Assembly: GCA_965198225.1 (NCBI GenBank)
Contig: CBDAOY010000007.1
Coordinates: forward strand, 320,001 to 384,000
Reading direction: 5' to 3'
Source of the DNA: Terriglobia bacterium
GTDB taxonomy: Bacteria > Acidobacteriota > Terriglobia > 20CM-2-55-15
Length of the DNA: 64,000 bases
Part shown: positions 40,074 through 51,400 of the stretch, one piece after another
Layout of the letters: each line of letters begins with the position of its first letter
How positions within the stretch are numbered: position 1 is the first letter of the stretch
Position numbers and translations under genes: made by a program
Notes under the pieces: generated by a model
Databases searched by the model: none
The model's input: only the letters and a program-made list of their open reading frames with translations
What the model was told of the DNA's origin: nothing

Positions 40074-42251
40074 ATGGGACTCTCGGTTCGTCCACTTCGG
40101 CTTGTCGTGATTGGATTTGCCCTTATCCTGCTTCACGCGTCGGGAACGCCAGTGCTGGAGGCACAAACATCTTCCCTCCCGTTCCTCGTGAACAATGGTG
40201 GCTCCGATTCGGAGACGACGTCGGGAAGCGCTGATGCGATCTCTGTGGGCTACGGGAGGATGCAACCCGGAACCGGGCGCACGACTCCATCCGGCGTCGC
40301 CATATTCGGTTTTCGTCAGAACAGCATTCTGGTCAGCGAGGCCGGGGTCCCGGCGTCACCGGCCGTTTCGGTCGGGCGCATCCGGGCGGAGGTCGACGGG
40401 CCGGTCACGACGGGGCTGGCGATCGCCAACCCGGGCAGTACCGCTGCGGTGGTGACCTTTTACTTCTCCGATCAGACCCGCAGCGGTTTCGGGAACGGCA
40501 CGACCACGATCCCTGCGGGCGGCCAGATTGCAAAGTTCCTGAACGAGGCCCCGTTCGACGGCGGGTCATCGATCGACGGCACCTTCACGTTCAGCTCCGA
40601 TGTGCCGGTTGCCGCGGTCGCGCTTCGCGGGTTTACGAATGAACGTGGCGAATTCCTCTTGACGACCCTGCCGGTGAGCCCGCTCACCGCGGCGACAGGC
40701 GCCGCGGTCTATTTCCCACATTTTGCCGACGGCGGAGGGTGGACGACCGAGGTCATCCTGGTCAACCCGACCGACAATACAACCAGCGGCACGGTCCAAT
40801 TCTTCGAGCAGGGCACGGCGGGGACGACGGCGCAGCCCCTTTCCCTGACGATCAATGGTCAGACGTCCTCGACGTTCAGCTACACCCTACCCGCTCGGAG
40901 CTCCGCCAGCTTTCCGACGGCCGGCACCGGCGGGACGACCCAGTCGGGCTCGGTCCGCGTGACCCCGTCGGCGAACGCAGCGACACCATCCGGCCTGGCT
41001 GTCTTCTCGTTCAGGAGCGGGACTGTGACGGTGGCACAGGCCGGGGTTCCGGCCGCCTCTACCGGACAGGCATTCCGCCTGCACGTGGAGGCGACCGGCG
41101 CTTCGGAGGGTACGATTCAGACCGGGATCGCAGTCGCGAACCCCTCGAGCACCGACATCACGGTGACGTTCGAACTGCTCACCACCGGCGGCGGATCCAC
41201 CGGGCTGACCGGCTCGGTCTCCGTGCCCGGAAACGGGCAGATCGCGCAGTTCCTGAACCAGATTGACGGCCTGGCATCTCTGACGACACCTTTTGAAGGC
41301 GTGCTGCGCATTTCAACCGCCTCGGCCGGCGGCATCGCGCTGGTGGGCTTGAGAAGCCGGGTGAACGAGCGGGAGGATTTCCTCATCACGACGACGACGC
41401 TGGTCGACGAGTCCGCCGCCGACGTCACCGACGCATTGTACTTCCCACACCTGGTCGACGGCGGTGGCTACACGACCCAGTTCATCCAGCTCAGTGGTTC
41501 GACGACCCAGACGACGATCGGCACGCTTCAGTTCTTTTCCCAGGCCGGTGCGGCGTTGAGCCTGCCGCTGTCGACGCCGGCTTCCAGCCAGGTCACGTGG
41601 CGGGTCGAGGGGACCTGGTTCGCTTCCTCAACGCCGCCGAGCTGCGAAAACCCGCTGGTGTTGCCCGTTCCGGTCTCTCTGTCGAACGCGACGTCGATCC
41701 TCTACCCCGGCCAGGTGCGGGGTAACGACTACAAGCCCCACGGGGGAGTCCGCTTCGACGGTCAGGGCCAGGGTCCTGACCTGGAGATATTCGCGCCGAT
41801 CGACGCCAACCTCCGGAGCGGGGCGCGCTATCTCCAGGGTGGCATCCTGCAGCACTTGTTCGAGCTCGTCAACGAATGCGGAATCATGTACCGGCTCGAC
41901 CATCTTCTGGACCTGTCACCGCGGTTCCAGGAAATCGCCGACACGCTGCCGCAGGGAGGCGAAGGTCAGAGCCAGGGCACGTTCTTTGCACCGGGCATCC
42001 GCGTGCGTGCCGGCGAGCTCATCGCCACGACGATCGGGGTGCCCGGCAACGTTTTCTTCGACTGGGGCGTCTACGACCTTCGGTCGATGAACGCGATCAG
42101 CAATGACGCGGCCTGGCTGGCCGACCACCCCGGCGACCAGGCGCCTTACGGGATCTGCTGGCTGGAATTCGTGTCGCCCACCGACGCTGCCATCGTCAAC
42201 GGCCTGCCGGGTTCCGGGGAGAGCGGGTCGACGAGCGACTACTGCAACTGA
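40074..42251 (+). CDS. Secreted protein with repeated beta-sandwich domains and a C-terminal M23-like domain
   Basis: AAGGAG RBS; signal peptide; repeats 'TGLAIANP', 'YFPHFADGGGWTT', 'YFPHLVDGGGYTT'; C-terminal 'YKPHGGVRFD...IFAPID...RLDHL...VRAGELI'. Confidence 0.7.
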   Translation: MGLSVRPLRLVVIGFALILLHASGTPVLEAQTSSLPFLVNNGGSDSETTSGSADAISVGYGRMQPGTGRTTPSGVAIFGFRQNSILVSEAGVPASPAVSVGRIRAEVDGPVTTGLAIANPGSTAAVVTFYFSDQTRSGFGNGTTTIPAGGQIAKFLNEAPFDGGSSIDGTFTFSSDVPVAAVALRGFTNERGEFLLTTLPVSPLTAATGAAVYFPHFADGGGWTTEVILVNPTDNTTSGTVQFFEQGTAGTTAQPLSLTINGQTSSTFSYTLPARSSASFPTAGTGGTTQSGSVRVTPSANAATPSGLAVFSFRSGTVTVAQAGVPAASTGQAFRLHVEATGASEGTIQTGIAVANPSSTDITVTFELLTTGGGSTGLTGSVSVPGNGQIAQFLNQIDGLASLTTPFEGVLRISTASAGGIALVGLRSRVNEREDFLITTTTLVDESAADVTDALYFPHLVDGGGYTTQFIQLSGSTTQTTIGTLQFFSQAGAALSLPLSTPASSQVTWRVEGTWFASSTPPSCENPLVLPVPVSLSNATSILYPGQVRGNDYKPHGGVRFDGQGQGPDLEIFAPIDANLRSGARYLQGGILQHLFELVNECGIMYRLDHLLDLSPRFQEIADTLPQGGEGQSQGTFFAPGIRVRAGELIATTIGVPGNVFFDWGVYDLRSMNAISNDAAWLADHPGDQAPYGICWLEFVSPTDAAIVNGLPGSGESGSTSDYCN

Positions 42252-42682
42252 GGCGACTCGGGAGCGCTGCCGGTTCTCCGGCCGCTTCGCCTCAGCCTCC
42301 TGAGTCTCTGACGCCGAGCGAACTAAACCGTAACCTTGCGACCGAGAGAGGCGGGAACTTCCAAAGGGGAAGAGGGACTGGGGAGGCTGTCGGCAACTAC
42401 TGATTAAGATGTCCCGCGATCTGTTCGAAGATGTCTTCCACCGTGTGCCGGCTCAAGCGGTTGCCGACCTGAGGTTTCACTCCGTATCCGGCCCCGGTTG
42501 CGTCGGCGAACGACTTCAGGGCTTGCTCCGCGGCGATCGCGGCATCAAAGTCTCCCTGCCTGCTGTTGCGCGTCCCACCGGGGACGGTCCGACCCGCTGA
42601 GCCCGCGTCCCCAGGAAGTGCGCGACCTGCACCACCGTCACGCGAACGCTCCGGAGTGCTACCATCTTCGCGGGAGGAACCG

Positions 42683-43084
42683 ATGCTTTACTCTTTGTTG
42701 ATCAGCTACACGCTGGCGATAGCCGCTCTTACGTTTGCCGGAGCTGGGGAGCAAACACCATCGCCATTGGATATCGTGAACCAGCGGATGCGCGCGTACA
42801 ACGAGCATGATTTGGACGCTTTCCTGAGCACCTATGCTGAAGAGGTAGAAGTATTCACCTATCCCGATAAGTCCCTGGGAAAAGGCAAGAGGCACCTCGA
42901 GCAACTGTTTTCACCTATGTTCAGGAAGGCTTCCATGCACGTTGAGATACATCATCAAATCACAAAGGATAGCTACGTAATTAATCATGAAACAGTGGTG
43001 GACGGGAACGAAGAGACCGAGTACGTGTCTATCTATGAAGTCCGGAATGGTTTGATCAGAAGCGTCCGATTCGTCAGGGACTGA
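42683..43084 (+). CDS. SnoaL/NTF2-like secreted protein
   Basis: GGAGG RBS; 'IVNQRMRAYNEHDLDAFLSTYAE...IYEVRNGLI'. Confidence 0.85.
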   Translation: MLYSLLISYTLAIAALTFAGAGEQTPSPLDIVNQRMRAYNEHDLDAFLSTYAEEVEVFTYPDKSLGKGKRHLEQLFSPMFRKASMHVEIHHQITKDSYVINHETVVDGNEETEYVSIYEVRNGLIRSVRFVRD

Positions 43085-43524
43085 GCAGCGGAGACCTGAC
43101 CGCAACCTGCGGCTCCGGGCGCGATGGACCCTCCTCCTCTGTCGCTTGCTGCATATAGTTCAACCAGACAGTGCACTGGGGCTGTTCGTTTCCGAACCTC
43201 GACGGTCGGCGCCCGGAATTCCGAATCGTTGGGAATTTTGATGCATACTTCATTCGGAGCGGAACAGATCCCTCGGAGCTCTAAGCCGACCTCCTGGTAA
43301 TCTCGCTCGCTGGCGGGGCCTGCGTTTTAGTCCGCTCCCGCAGCTCACACCGGAGGAAATGAGTCTGGTGGCCCTGAGCCCTTCCGAGAGAGTACGGTAC
43401 GCAGGCGAGTATGGGCGGCTCGCCCAACACTGCCTTCAGTTCGGCGAATCCAGGCTGGTAGGAGAAATCGAAGCAATTCAGCGTGTTTTGCTGGAGGCTT
43501 GAACGCTGGCACGGCTGAGGACAA

Positions 43525-44571
43525 TTGTCGAGATTACAGCCTACAGAACCTGCAATACTGCTCTACGGACGAACGCTCAGAGGTCTGGAGGATCTGGCGT
43601 GCGACGAACTGTCGGAAAGGTTCGGAGCGAGCATTCGTTCTACCGGCCACCGCGAGATCTTCTTCTCTGTCAGTCGTCCAGAGGCGCTCGCAAACGCCGG
43701 TCTCCTGGATGACGTCTTCATTCTCTGTGGACAAATCGAGGACATAGACCAAACTAGAGAGGCACTTAGAACGCTCAGCTATCGCTCACTCCAACATCTT
43801 GAGGCAGTCCGTCAAGCTATCGCGACAAGAGCCGTCCGGGCAGCTTCAATGAAAGTCGTGGCGAGCTTTCTTGGAAGGCGGAACTATAATCGTTATGAGA
43901 TTGAGGCTGCCGTCGGTGCCCCTCTTGCCCGACAGCTGAAGGTGGACCTTGTCGAGGGATCGGAAGAGGAAGCCGATTGCGTGCTTCGGATTCATCTTCG
44001 CGACCACACAGCGATTCTAGCGCTCAGACTGTTCCAGAAGCCTTTGCGGCAACGGTCATACAAGACTGTGCATTTGCCGGGCGCTACCCCTCCACAGGTT
44101 GGCAGGGCTCTTGCAACTCTGGCGAGTTTGGGTCCTGACGTGCGGGTTCTTGACCCTTATTGTGGAACAGCTACGGTGCTCATCGAAGCGGGCTTGCTTC
44201 AGCCGTCGGCGTTCTTGGTGGGTGTCGATGTTTCGAACGACTCGTTGCTTGGCTCGAAGGTCAATGCGTCGGCAGCGGAAGTCCATGTTTCATTGTGCAG
44301 GATGTCAGCAGTGGCACTTGGATTCGCCGACCGTTCGTTCGACGTGATCGCTGGGAATCTTCCGTGGGGGCGGCAGGTTCATCATGAAGGCGAGCAGAGA
44401 ATTGCCTGGACCGAATTGCACCGCGTACTGCGTCCCGAGGGACGAGCAATCTTTGTTGTGCACGAGGCCGATGGGCGCTATCCACGGTTCGAGGTGGAGG
44501 GTAAGCGCGAACTTCGACTCTACGGCCAGACCTCGTGGATCGTCACTCTTCGGCCTTCCAGACGAGAATGA
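43525..44571 (+). CDS. THUMP-domain class I SAM RNA methyltransferase (Trm11/Trm14-like)
   Basis: 'RGLEDLA', 'VLDPYCGTATVLIEA', 'GNLPWG'; start uncertain (TTG). Confidence 0.8.
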   Translation: MSRLQPTEPAILLYGRTLRGLEDLACDELSERFGASIRSTGHREIFFSVSRPEALANAGLLDDVFILCGQIEDIDQTREALRTLSYRSLQHLEAVRQAIATRAVRAASMKVVASFLGRRNYNRYEIEAAVGAPLARQLKVDLVEGSEEEADCVLRIHLRDHTAILALRLFQKPLRQRSYKTVHLPGATPPQVGRALATLASLGPDVRVLDPYCGTATVLIEAGLLQPSAFLVGVDVSNDSLLGSKVNASAAEVHVSLCRMSAVALGFADRSFDVIAGNLPWGRQVHHEGEQRIAWTELHRVLRPEGRAIFVVHEADGRYPRFEVEGKRELRLYGQTSWIVTLRPSRRE

Positions 44572-44579
44572 ACGCACTA

Positions 44580-44960
44580 CCGACGTCGCCACCGCTGGAG
44601 ATAACCGTCACAAGCGTGTTGGTGGCCCTGAGAAAGGTGTCTGAGACATCGTTGCTGCCGTGGTGCGGTGATTTGGCGATATCGACCTGAAGGGTCGGTC
44701 TTGTTTTCGAGACGATGGCATCGTGCTCGTCGTCGGTTTCTGGATGAGGCAAATCCATCGCTGCTGAGATGTCCGCGTCTGTCTTGCTGGCTAGATCATC
44801 GATGCTGTAATAGTTCAACAACCGATTTTGAGAGGCCCTATTCAAATCGCCGCCGAGCAGGAAGCTGATTTTGTTGTAGTGAAATCGCAGCAAGACAGAA
44901 TGGCCGTTCTTGGTTTCCGACAGCGGGAGGAATCTGCCCACGGGATGGCTGAGGTGGACA
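44580..44960 (-). pseudogene. Internal fragment of a ComEC/Rec2-like metallo-beta-lactamase hydrolase
   Basis: 'NGHSVLLRFHY...FLLGGDLN', 'DIAKSPHHGS...VTVISSG'; the N-terminal HxHxDH region is missing. Confidence 0.7.
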
Positions 44961-44982
44961 ACTTTGCCGCAACCAGCACCTG

Positions 44983-45963
44983 GTGCGCCCCATCGGGAGG
45001 CTGGTGGAGGGCGCCTTGAACGTCGAGCGCGGGGTGCTGGATCGGGACGTCGAGGTGAACTCACGCGACGAGGTGGAGTCCCTGGCAACTACGTTCAACG
45101 AGATGATGGGGGGGCTGCGCCGGAAGCGGGTACTCGAAGAGTCCTTCGGCCGCTACGTCGATCCCCGGGTCGTCAAGGTCCTGCTCGAACATCAGGGAGG
45201 AGCAGGTAGTCGCAGGCAACAGGTGACGGTGTTGTTCTCCGACATCGCCGGGTTCAGCTCGATCAGCGAGCTGTTGACGCCTGAGCGTCTGGTCACGCTC
45301 ATCAATCGATATCTCACCCTAGCCGCGGCTCCAATCCGCGCCAGCGACGGGATGATTGACAGGTATATTGGCGACGCCGTCGTGGCGTTCTGGGGACAAC
45401 CGTTGGTCAAAGATACCGAACAGTGCAGGCTGGCCTGTGAGGCAGCCTTCGATCAAATGACCCAGTTGGTCAAACTTCGACGGATGCTTCCCGACATCGT
45501 GGGCATCCGCAAGGGTTTGCCCCAACTCGATGTTCGAATCGGGCTGGCCACGGGTGAAGGCCTCGTCGGAAATGTCGGAACCCAACATTCCCGCTCCTAC
45601 ACTATGCTCGGCTCCGTCGTGGAGATTGCAGGGATGCTCGAAGAGGCCAACAAGCGATATGGAACGCGAATTCTGATGACGGATGAGACGATGCGGATGG
45701 CCGGGACAGCCATCGTGACGCGCCAGATCGATACCCTGACCCTCGGCGCGGGGGGAGGCTCGGTTCCCGTCCACGAACTCGTAGCGTTTGCCGGTGACGT
45801 CGAAGCGGACGAGCTGGAATTGTGCGCGTCTTTCCGAAGTGGACTCGAACACTACCGAGAGGGTGACCGGGTCGCGGCCCGACGCGCATTTGAGACGTGT
45901 CTCACTCTCGACCCGGCCGACGGACCGTCGCACTATTATATCGATCGGTTGCGACGGGCCTGA
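44983..45963 (+). CDS. HAMP + class III adenylate/guanylate cyclase, 5'-truncated
   Basis: 'RDEVESLATTFNEM', 'VLFSDIAGFS', 'IGDAVVAFWG', 'RIGLATG'; begins at the HAMP with no RBS, TM or sensor region. Confidence 0.8.
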   Translation: MRPIGRLVEGALNVERGVLDRDVEVNSRDEVESLATTFNEMMGGLRRKRVLEESFGRYVDPRVVKVLLEHQGGAGSRRQQVTVLFSDIAGFSSISELLTPERLVTLINRYLTLAAAPIRASDGMIDRYIGDAVVAFWGQPLVKDTEQCRLACEAAFDQMTQLVKLRRMLPDIVGIRKGLPQLDVRIGLATGEGLVGNVGTQHSRSYTMLGSVVEIAGMLEEANKRYGTRILMTDETMRMAGTAIVTRQIDTLTLGAGGGSVPVHELVAFAGDVEADELELCASFRSGLEHYREGDRVAARRAFETCLTLDPADGPSHYYIDRLRRA

Positions 45964-46018
45964 TCGACTCTGGCCGGGCTGGCAGCCTGTGGTGGAACTC
46001 TTTCACTACCTCACGGTC

Positions 46019-48473
46019 TTATCTCTGCACCTCTGACGTAATGGGGGAACATGTTCCGAGCAATCCCGCTCTTACTCTCAATCCCGGGGACTGGTAGCCA
46101 TCACCGTTGCGGTCGACGAAGACGGGGTTGGTGAAGGCGATGACCGGGTTGACAAAGATGTCAGGGTCCAGTTCTTCAGGCAGCTGCACACCAGTCGGCA
46201 CGATGAACTGCATCGTTTCGAGCAGTTGGGGCGAGACCGAATTACCCGCTTCATCGTGCGTCATACCCGTTTCGACCGTCAGGTAGCTGTCGCCTGCAAC
46301 GCCGTCCAGTTCCACGACGCCGAGAAAGCGGAGCGTCTTGCCCAGCACCGAGTCGGGGGAGACGGTCAAGGTCTTGACCAGGCAGCCGTTCTGGAAAATC
46401 CGAACCTGTTCAACAGGAATCCACGGCGGGGCTTCGACTCGGATTTGCACTGTGACCACCTCGCTGGTCGCAGTGATGGTATCGCCGATCGTGTTGAAAT
46501 AGGGGTCCAACGGCTCATCGCCTCCGGTGTCGCCGACAAGGCCAAAGTAGATCATCGGTCCAGTCGTGCCGACCGCCCGCATCGACCTCAGGTTGTCGAT
46601 GAGCTCCTGTTTTTCCATGGTCAGCGAATCCTCGCTGTTGTGGAAAACGTAGGTGCGGCCGATCCCGGGGGTTTCAATCACCACACGGTGCGAATCCGAG
46701 TTGGCCACACCGGTCCTATGGATGCCCTGATCGAGCAGACTGAACCAATCCCGACGTACCTCCAGATAACTTTTCATGTCCCAAGTGTTGATCAGTTCCA
46801 TCGCATCGAAGGAAAGGCCGTCGGTTCCAGTCCCTTTGCTACCTACGTTCACCTTGTTGTAGAGCGACGGCAACTTCAGGAGGTTGTTGGGGTATTCGGT
46901 GATCGGTGCCTCGGGGATGGTTGAGCACCACGATCTCGTCGTGGTCGTGGTCCGGCAGCCCTTCGCCAGGAGTGCCGGGTTGATCGGCCTGGATCGCAGC
47001 CAGCCACTGGTCCAGCGTCGCCGTACCGGGATCTGCATGGACGTGCGGTAACGAGTTGAGACCCCGCATGCGATCGATCGCCGTCCCCGGGGTGATGAAC
47101 TCGTCCTGGATGGCGCCGTTGCGGCGAGCCCCGGGGATCACCGGCACCGGCCAGGCGCCCCAGTGGGCGATGCCCGACGGAAAATCTTCGGCGGTCCAGC
47201 CGTTGCCGGCCGGCACCGGAAAGCGCGAGGTCAGCTCCATGCCGGTGATCGAGCGGATCTCGTGCCCGAGGTTGAGGTCGGTGATGATCGGAGAGTAGTC
47301 GGTGACGTAGTCGTGATCGGTACCGACCATGATCTCGATCCCCGCCGCCGCGAAGGCGAGGACCCGGCTGCTCATCGGAGACGAGGCGTCGAAGCTCTTG
47401 ACACCGTGGACGTGCGCGTCCATCGAGGCCACGTGGGCGCTCCTTACCACGGCGCTGATTTCGAGCTCGAGCAGGGTGGTCTGTCCCGCGGCGATGGTGA
47501 TTTCGGCAGAGTCGATGGTGTAGTCGAGACCACGGGAAGCGTAAACTTTGTAAGTCCCAGGCTTGATCTTGAGGCGTCCCTCGCCGTCAGCATCCACCGT
47601 GACGTTCAGCGCCGGCGTGTTGCCGAAGGTCTCAGCCAGATAACTGCTGCTGTCGCCGTGCAACGGATTGATACCCGGGTCGTCGCGCAAGCTCAGGTAC
47701 TGGCTTCCGAAGTCGGGATTGGCGGTCCCGTTGGTGCCGTAGATGCCCAGCTTGACCGGCGTCTCCATCCGCTGGCCGTTGCTCAACAGGCGGAGGACCT
47801 TGAAATCGAGCGTGCCGGTATCGGTGACCGTGAAGTCCCCCAGCGCCACCGGGCCGCCGGCCACCGACGCCGGGTCGACGGTGAACGGACCGATGTCGAG
47901 CGTCTCGCGCTCCGGTGCCTTGACGCTCGCCACATAAACCGAGGGCGTGGTGGCGGGATCGGCCAGCGCCGGCAGAGCGACCTGGAAGCGGCCGTTGGCG
48001 CCGGTGACCGTGTGGGTCACAGGAAGCTTCGAACCTTCGGTGATGTTCAGGATTGCGGGATACGCCGGGCTCCCCGGCGTCGTGTTGTCGAAGAAGACGT
48101 GGGCGTCCGGAACCGGGTTGCCCATGCCGTCGACGACCCGGCCCTCGAAGGTGGCGTTGCCATGCGGGTAGATGTCATCAATCATGAGGCGAAGGCACGC
48201 GTCGACGGTGTTTTCCTCCGCCACCACGAGCCGGCGCTGGTAGACGAGAGACTCCCCGCTGGCCAGCATGGGTACGTCATTGACATCGCCGGACTCCAGG
48301 GTGTCGAGGTCGAAGTATCGGCCGGGCGCGCCCGCCTGTACGATCGCCCAGCCAACCATCGGCGCCCTCGGATTCACCGACATATAGCCATAGCAGACTT
48401 CACCTGCCGGGGTGCCATCGTTGTTGGTGGGACCGTCTTCAGGATCGTTGGTTCCCGGCAGCACCAGGTAGTC
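46019..48473 (-). CDS. PHP-type (CehA/McbA-like) metallohydrolase region, frameshift near 46910; probable 3' part of the CHRD gene
   Basis: DAHVH, GTDHD, GMELT, HWGAWP, NHPR in one frame; MELIN, ANSDSH, AFTNPVFVD in the next. Confidence 0.75.
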
Positions 48474-51400
48474 CTAAACTCTGGGCAGGGTGTGGCGTGG
48501 CGGCACGGGCTTGGCGCCCAGGCCGGGAAACGGCTGGAAGGCCAGCCGGCCCTTGGCGACCGAGACGTCGAAGTCCGTGATGGTAAAGGCCGGCACTGTG
48601 GTGCTGCCGTCGTTTGTCACCTTGGTTTCGATGTCGATCCAGGAGTTGCCGTAGGTGAGGCTGTAGGTCGTCGCCACCTGGAGCGAGGGGAATACCTTGC
48701 CGTAGTTGAGCGCGGCTTGGCCGAAAACCGTGATGGAGGCTGTGGCCCCGTCATTGCGGAACACCGGATCGCCGAAGTACTCGACCAGGTTCTGATTGAA
48801 GCCCGGGTTCGGACCTCCCCCGAGTCCCCCTGCTGTGAACTCCATGTTCAAGACCTGATGGAGCTCGTCGAACTGGTCGTTGCGGTCGCCGCGCGTTCCG
48901 ACATCGATCAGGACCCCCCGCGACGGGAGGTTTCCTGGGCTGAAAGGGATGCCGAAATCGGTCGAGGCGCCGATGGCCAGAATCGCCGCTTCGACCTTGT
49001 CGTTGCGCAAGAGGTAGTCGCCCACTCCGCCGTCGAAGTCGGTTCCTCCCATCTTCTCGATGTCCTGAAGTGTCAAAAGACGTGCCTCGGCGTTCGCAGG
49101 ATTCACATCGACACCAGAAAGGGAATCCGGACCGAAATCGACGATGGTGACAGACATCAGACCGGGGTGGAATGGCGATCGACTTGATTGGATCCCCAAC
49201 GTCCCATTAAAAGCGGCACCTCCAAGGTCGGGAAACAACTCGTCGATGAAGGCCGCATAGTGCTCGAGGGGCGCCAGATCTACCACCGCGGACCCGATGG
49301 TTGCGCCGGTCGTGTCGCGAAGCGTGAATACGATGCGGCTGCTCTCGACGCCGAGCACCGCAACGGCAGCTCTCCGTCCGTTGCCGATCGAAATGTTGGC
49401 CGTCGCCGAGCGAGTTGTAGTCGGCGAGATGGCGCCAAAGGAAGCGAAGCCAGGGTGCATGTAGGTGACCTGGGTGTCAACTGCACCATCGGAATCGATC
49501 CGCGCAAAGCCGTTCGTCAGCGTGCCCTGGTTGTGGGTATTCAGCGTCACGGAGCCTGAAGGTGGAATCCAGAACGGTATCGTCGGGTCGATGATGTCTT
49601 CCGGGGAGGCTGTCGCTGTGGTGTCGAAGAACTTCGCGATGCCCTCAACCGACCGCGTCGATGAAGGGTTGCTGATGGTTACCGAAGTGATCCAACCTCC
49701 CCCACCGGCAGTCTGGGAAATGAAGCTGTTGGATTGGAGGAGCTGCCCCCGCATCATTCCAGCAGGTTTCAATGTCGTGTGCAGGTTCACGTAGAAGCCC
49801 GTCGCGGCGTCGACGATTCCGGCGAGCGCCTGGAGTGCCGCCGAGTCCGTTTGCGAAACGTCCACCTTCCGGACAACGTTGCCGGTTCCGGTGTCGCTGA
49901 CGACACTGGTGACACCGGAGTTGACCACCACCGGCCCGTTTCGTCCGGCATTAGCGCTGTGGATGTGAAGTCCCGTAATGGTCGTCGCCTCACCGATCGT
50001 GAAATCGACGTCAAAATTGACCGAGCCCGACGTGATCGCACCGTTTCCATCCCTCTTGACGAGGACACTCGTCCAGGCGGTTCCGGTTGCCCTCGACCCG
50101 CCTGGTGGGACCTCATTCTGCGGGGTAAGAGAGTTACTGAACTGATAAGTTTCGTAGCCCATCTGGGAGCGGACGACACCAGCCGGGTTGGAAGCCGAGT
50201 GTAAGTTCACGTAGTAGCGTTCCGGTGCCACGAACAGGCCGTTCAACGTCTCGATACCAATGCTATCGACTGTGCCGATCGTCGCTTCGCGGTTGATCGT
50301 TCCGGCACCGTCGACGTCGACAATCGTGTCCTCACCCCCGATACCGCTGCTGATCCGCACGGATCCGGTTGCGCCAATGAGGGCGTCATGAATGTGGAGT
50401 CCCGTAAAGGTAGTCGAGCCCGGGAAACTATAGTCCAGGTCAAATGCCACACTGCCACTGTCGATGTTGCCGGCACCGTTCCGCGTAACGGTCGCGGTGA
50501 TCAAGCCCTGTGCCGTACCCGTTGTCGTCACCGCCGGCACTTCCTCATCGCCGGTCAGGTGAGTGAAGAAACTCAAGGAATTCCGATCCAGCTGGCCCCG
50601 AATGGCTCCCGACGGGTTATCGGTTGTGTGGAGATTGACGTAGAATTGGCCGGGATTCGAGATAATCGAGTTCAAAGTCGCCAGCCCGTCGGTGTCTGTG
50701 GGACTAATCGTGGCCACTCTGAAGATGCTGCCCTGCCCGTCGCTGTCGACTATCGGACCCGTAGAATTGACGCCGCTGTCGATCACAACCGGGCCATTAC
50801 TTCCAGTGGCCGCATTGTGAACGTGTAGGCCTGTGACCGTGACATTTCCAGCGAATCTGTAGCCGACATCGAAAATAACGATTCCCGAAGTAATCGTTCC
50901 CACCTTATCTCGATGGACCTGGACTGTAATCTTCGCCGCACCTTCGGCGTCCAGTCCGACAATTGCGGGCACCTCGTTTCCAGGAAGTAACGCCGGGCTG
51001 AAAGAAATGACGTTCGGCCGGAGCTGAGCGCGGACGACACCAGAAGGATTGTCGGTCGAGTGCAAGTTGACGTAGTAGAGGTCCGGCGACGCAAGCAGCC
51101 CTTCCACCGATCGAAGCTGCTCGGAGTCGAGGCTGTTGAAATCGATCGTTCTCGTGATGCGCCCACTCGTCCCTGTTACCGAATCTGACAGCCGCAGGCC
51201 GCTGTCGATTACAACCGAGCCATTGATCGCGACCGGCGCATTGTGGATATGGAGGCCGGTGAACGTCGTCGATTGCGGCATCACATAATCCAACTCGAAT
51301 GTCACCGTCGCCGCGTCGATGGATCCTCGCTCGTCGCGGCTCACCCGCACGGTAATGGTCGCGTCGGCGCTTGCACCTGCAAAGGAGACTGCCGGTACTT

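Noticed and set aside
42400-42660. Possible gene fragment upstream of the SnoaL-like gene
   Set aside because: No frame gives a recognisable protein
43359-43502. 47-aa ORF MSLVALSPSERVRY... with GGAGG
   Set aside because: No recognisable domain; may be the tail of a degraded gene
48474-48476. Pyrrolysine or other amber recoding at the in-frame TAG
   Set aside because: No pyl genes here, TAG is a normal stop for many genes in the window, and the same gene has another lesion
47163-49187. Long antisense ORFs (also 4065-5432, 2945-4009, 52926-53972, 61037-62044)
   Set aside because: Shadow frames of well-supported opposite-strand genes in GC-rich DNA, with no motifs
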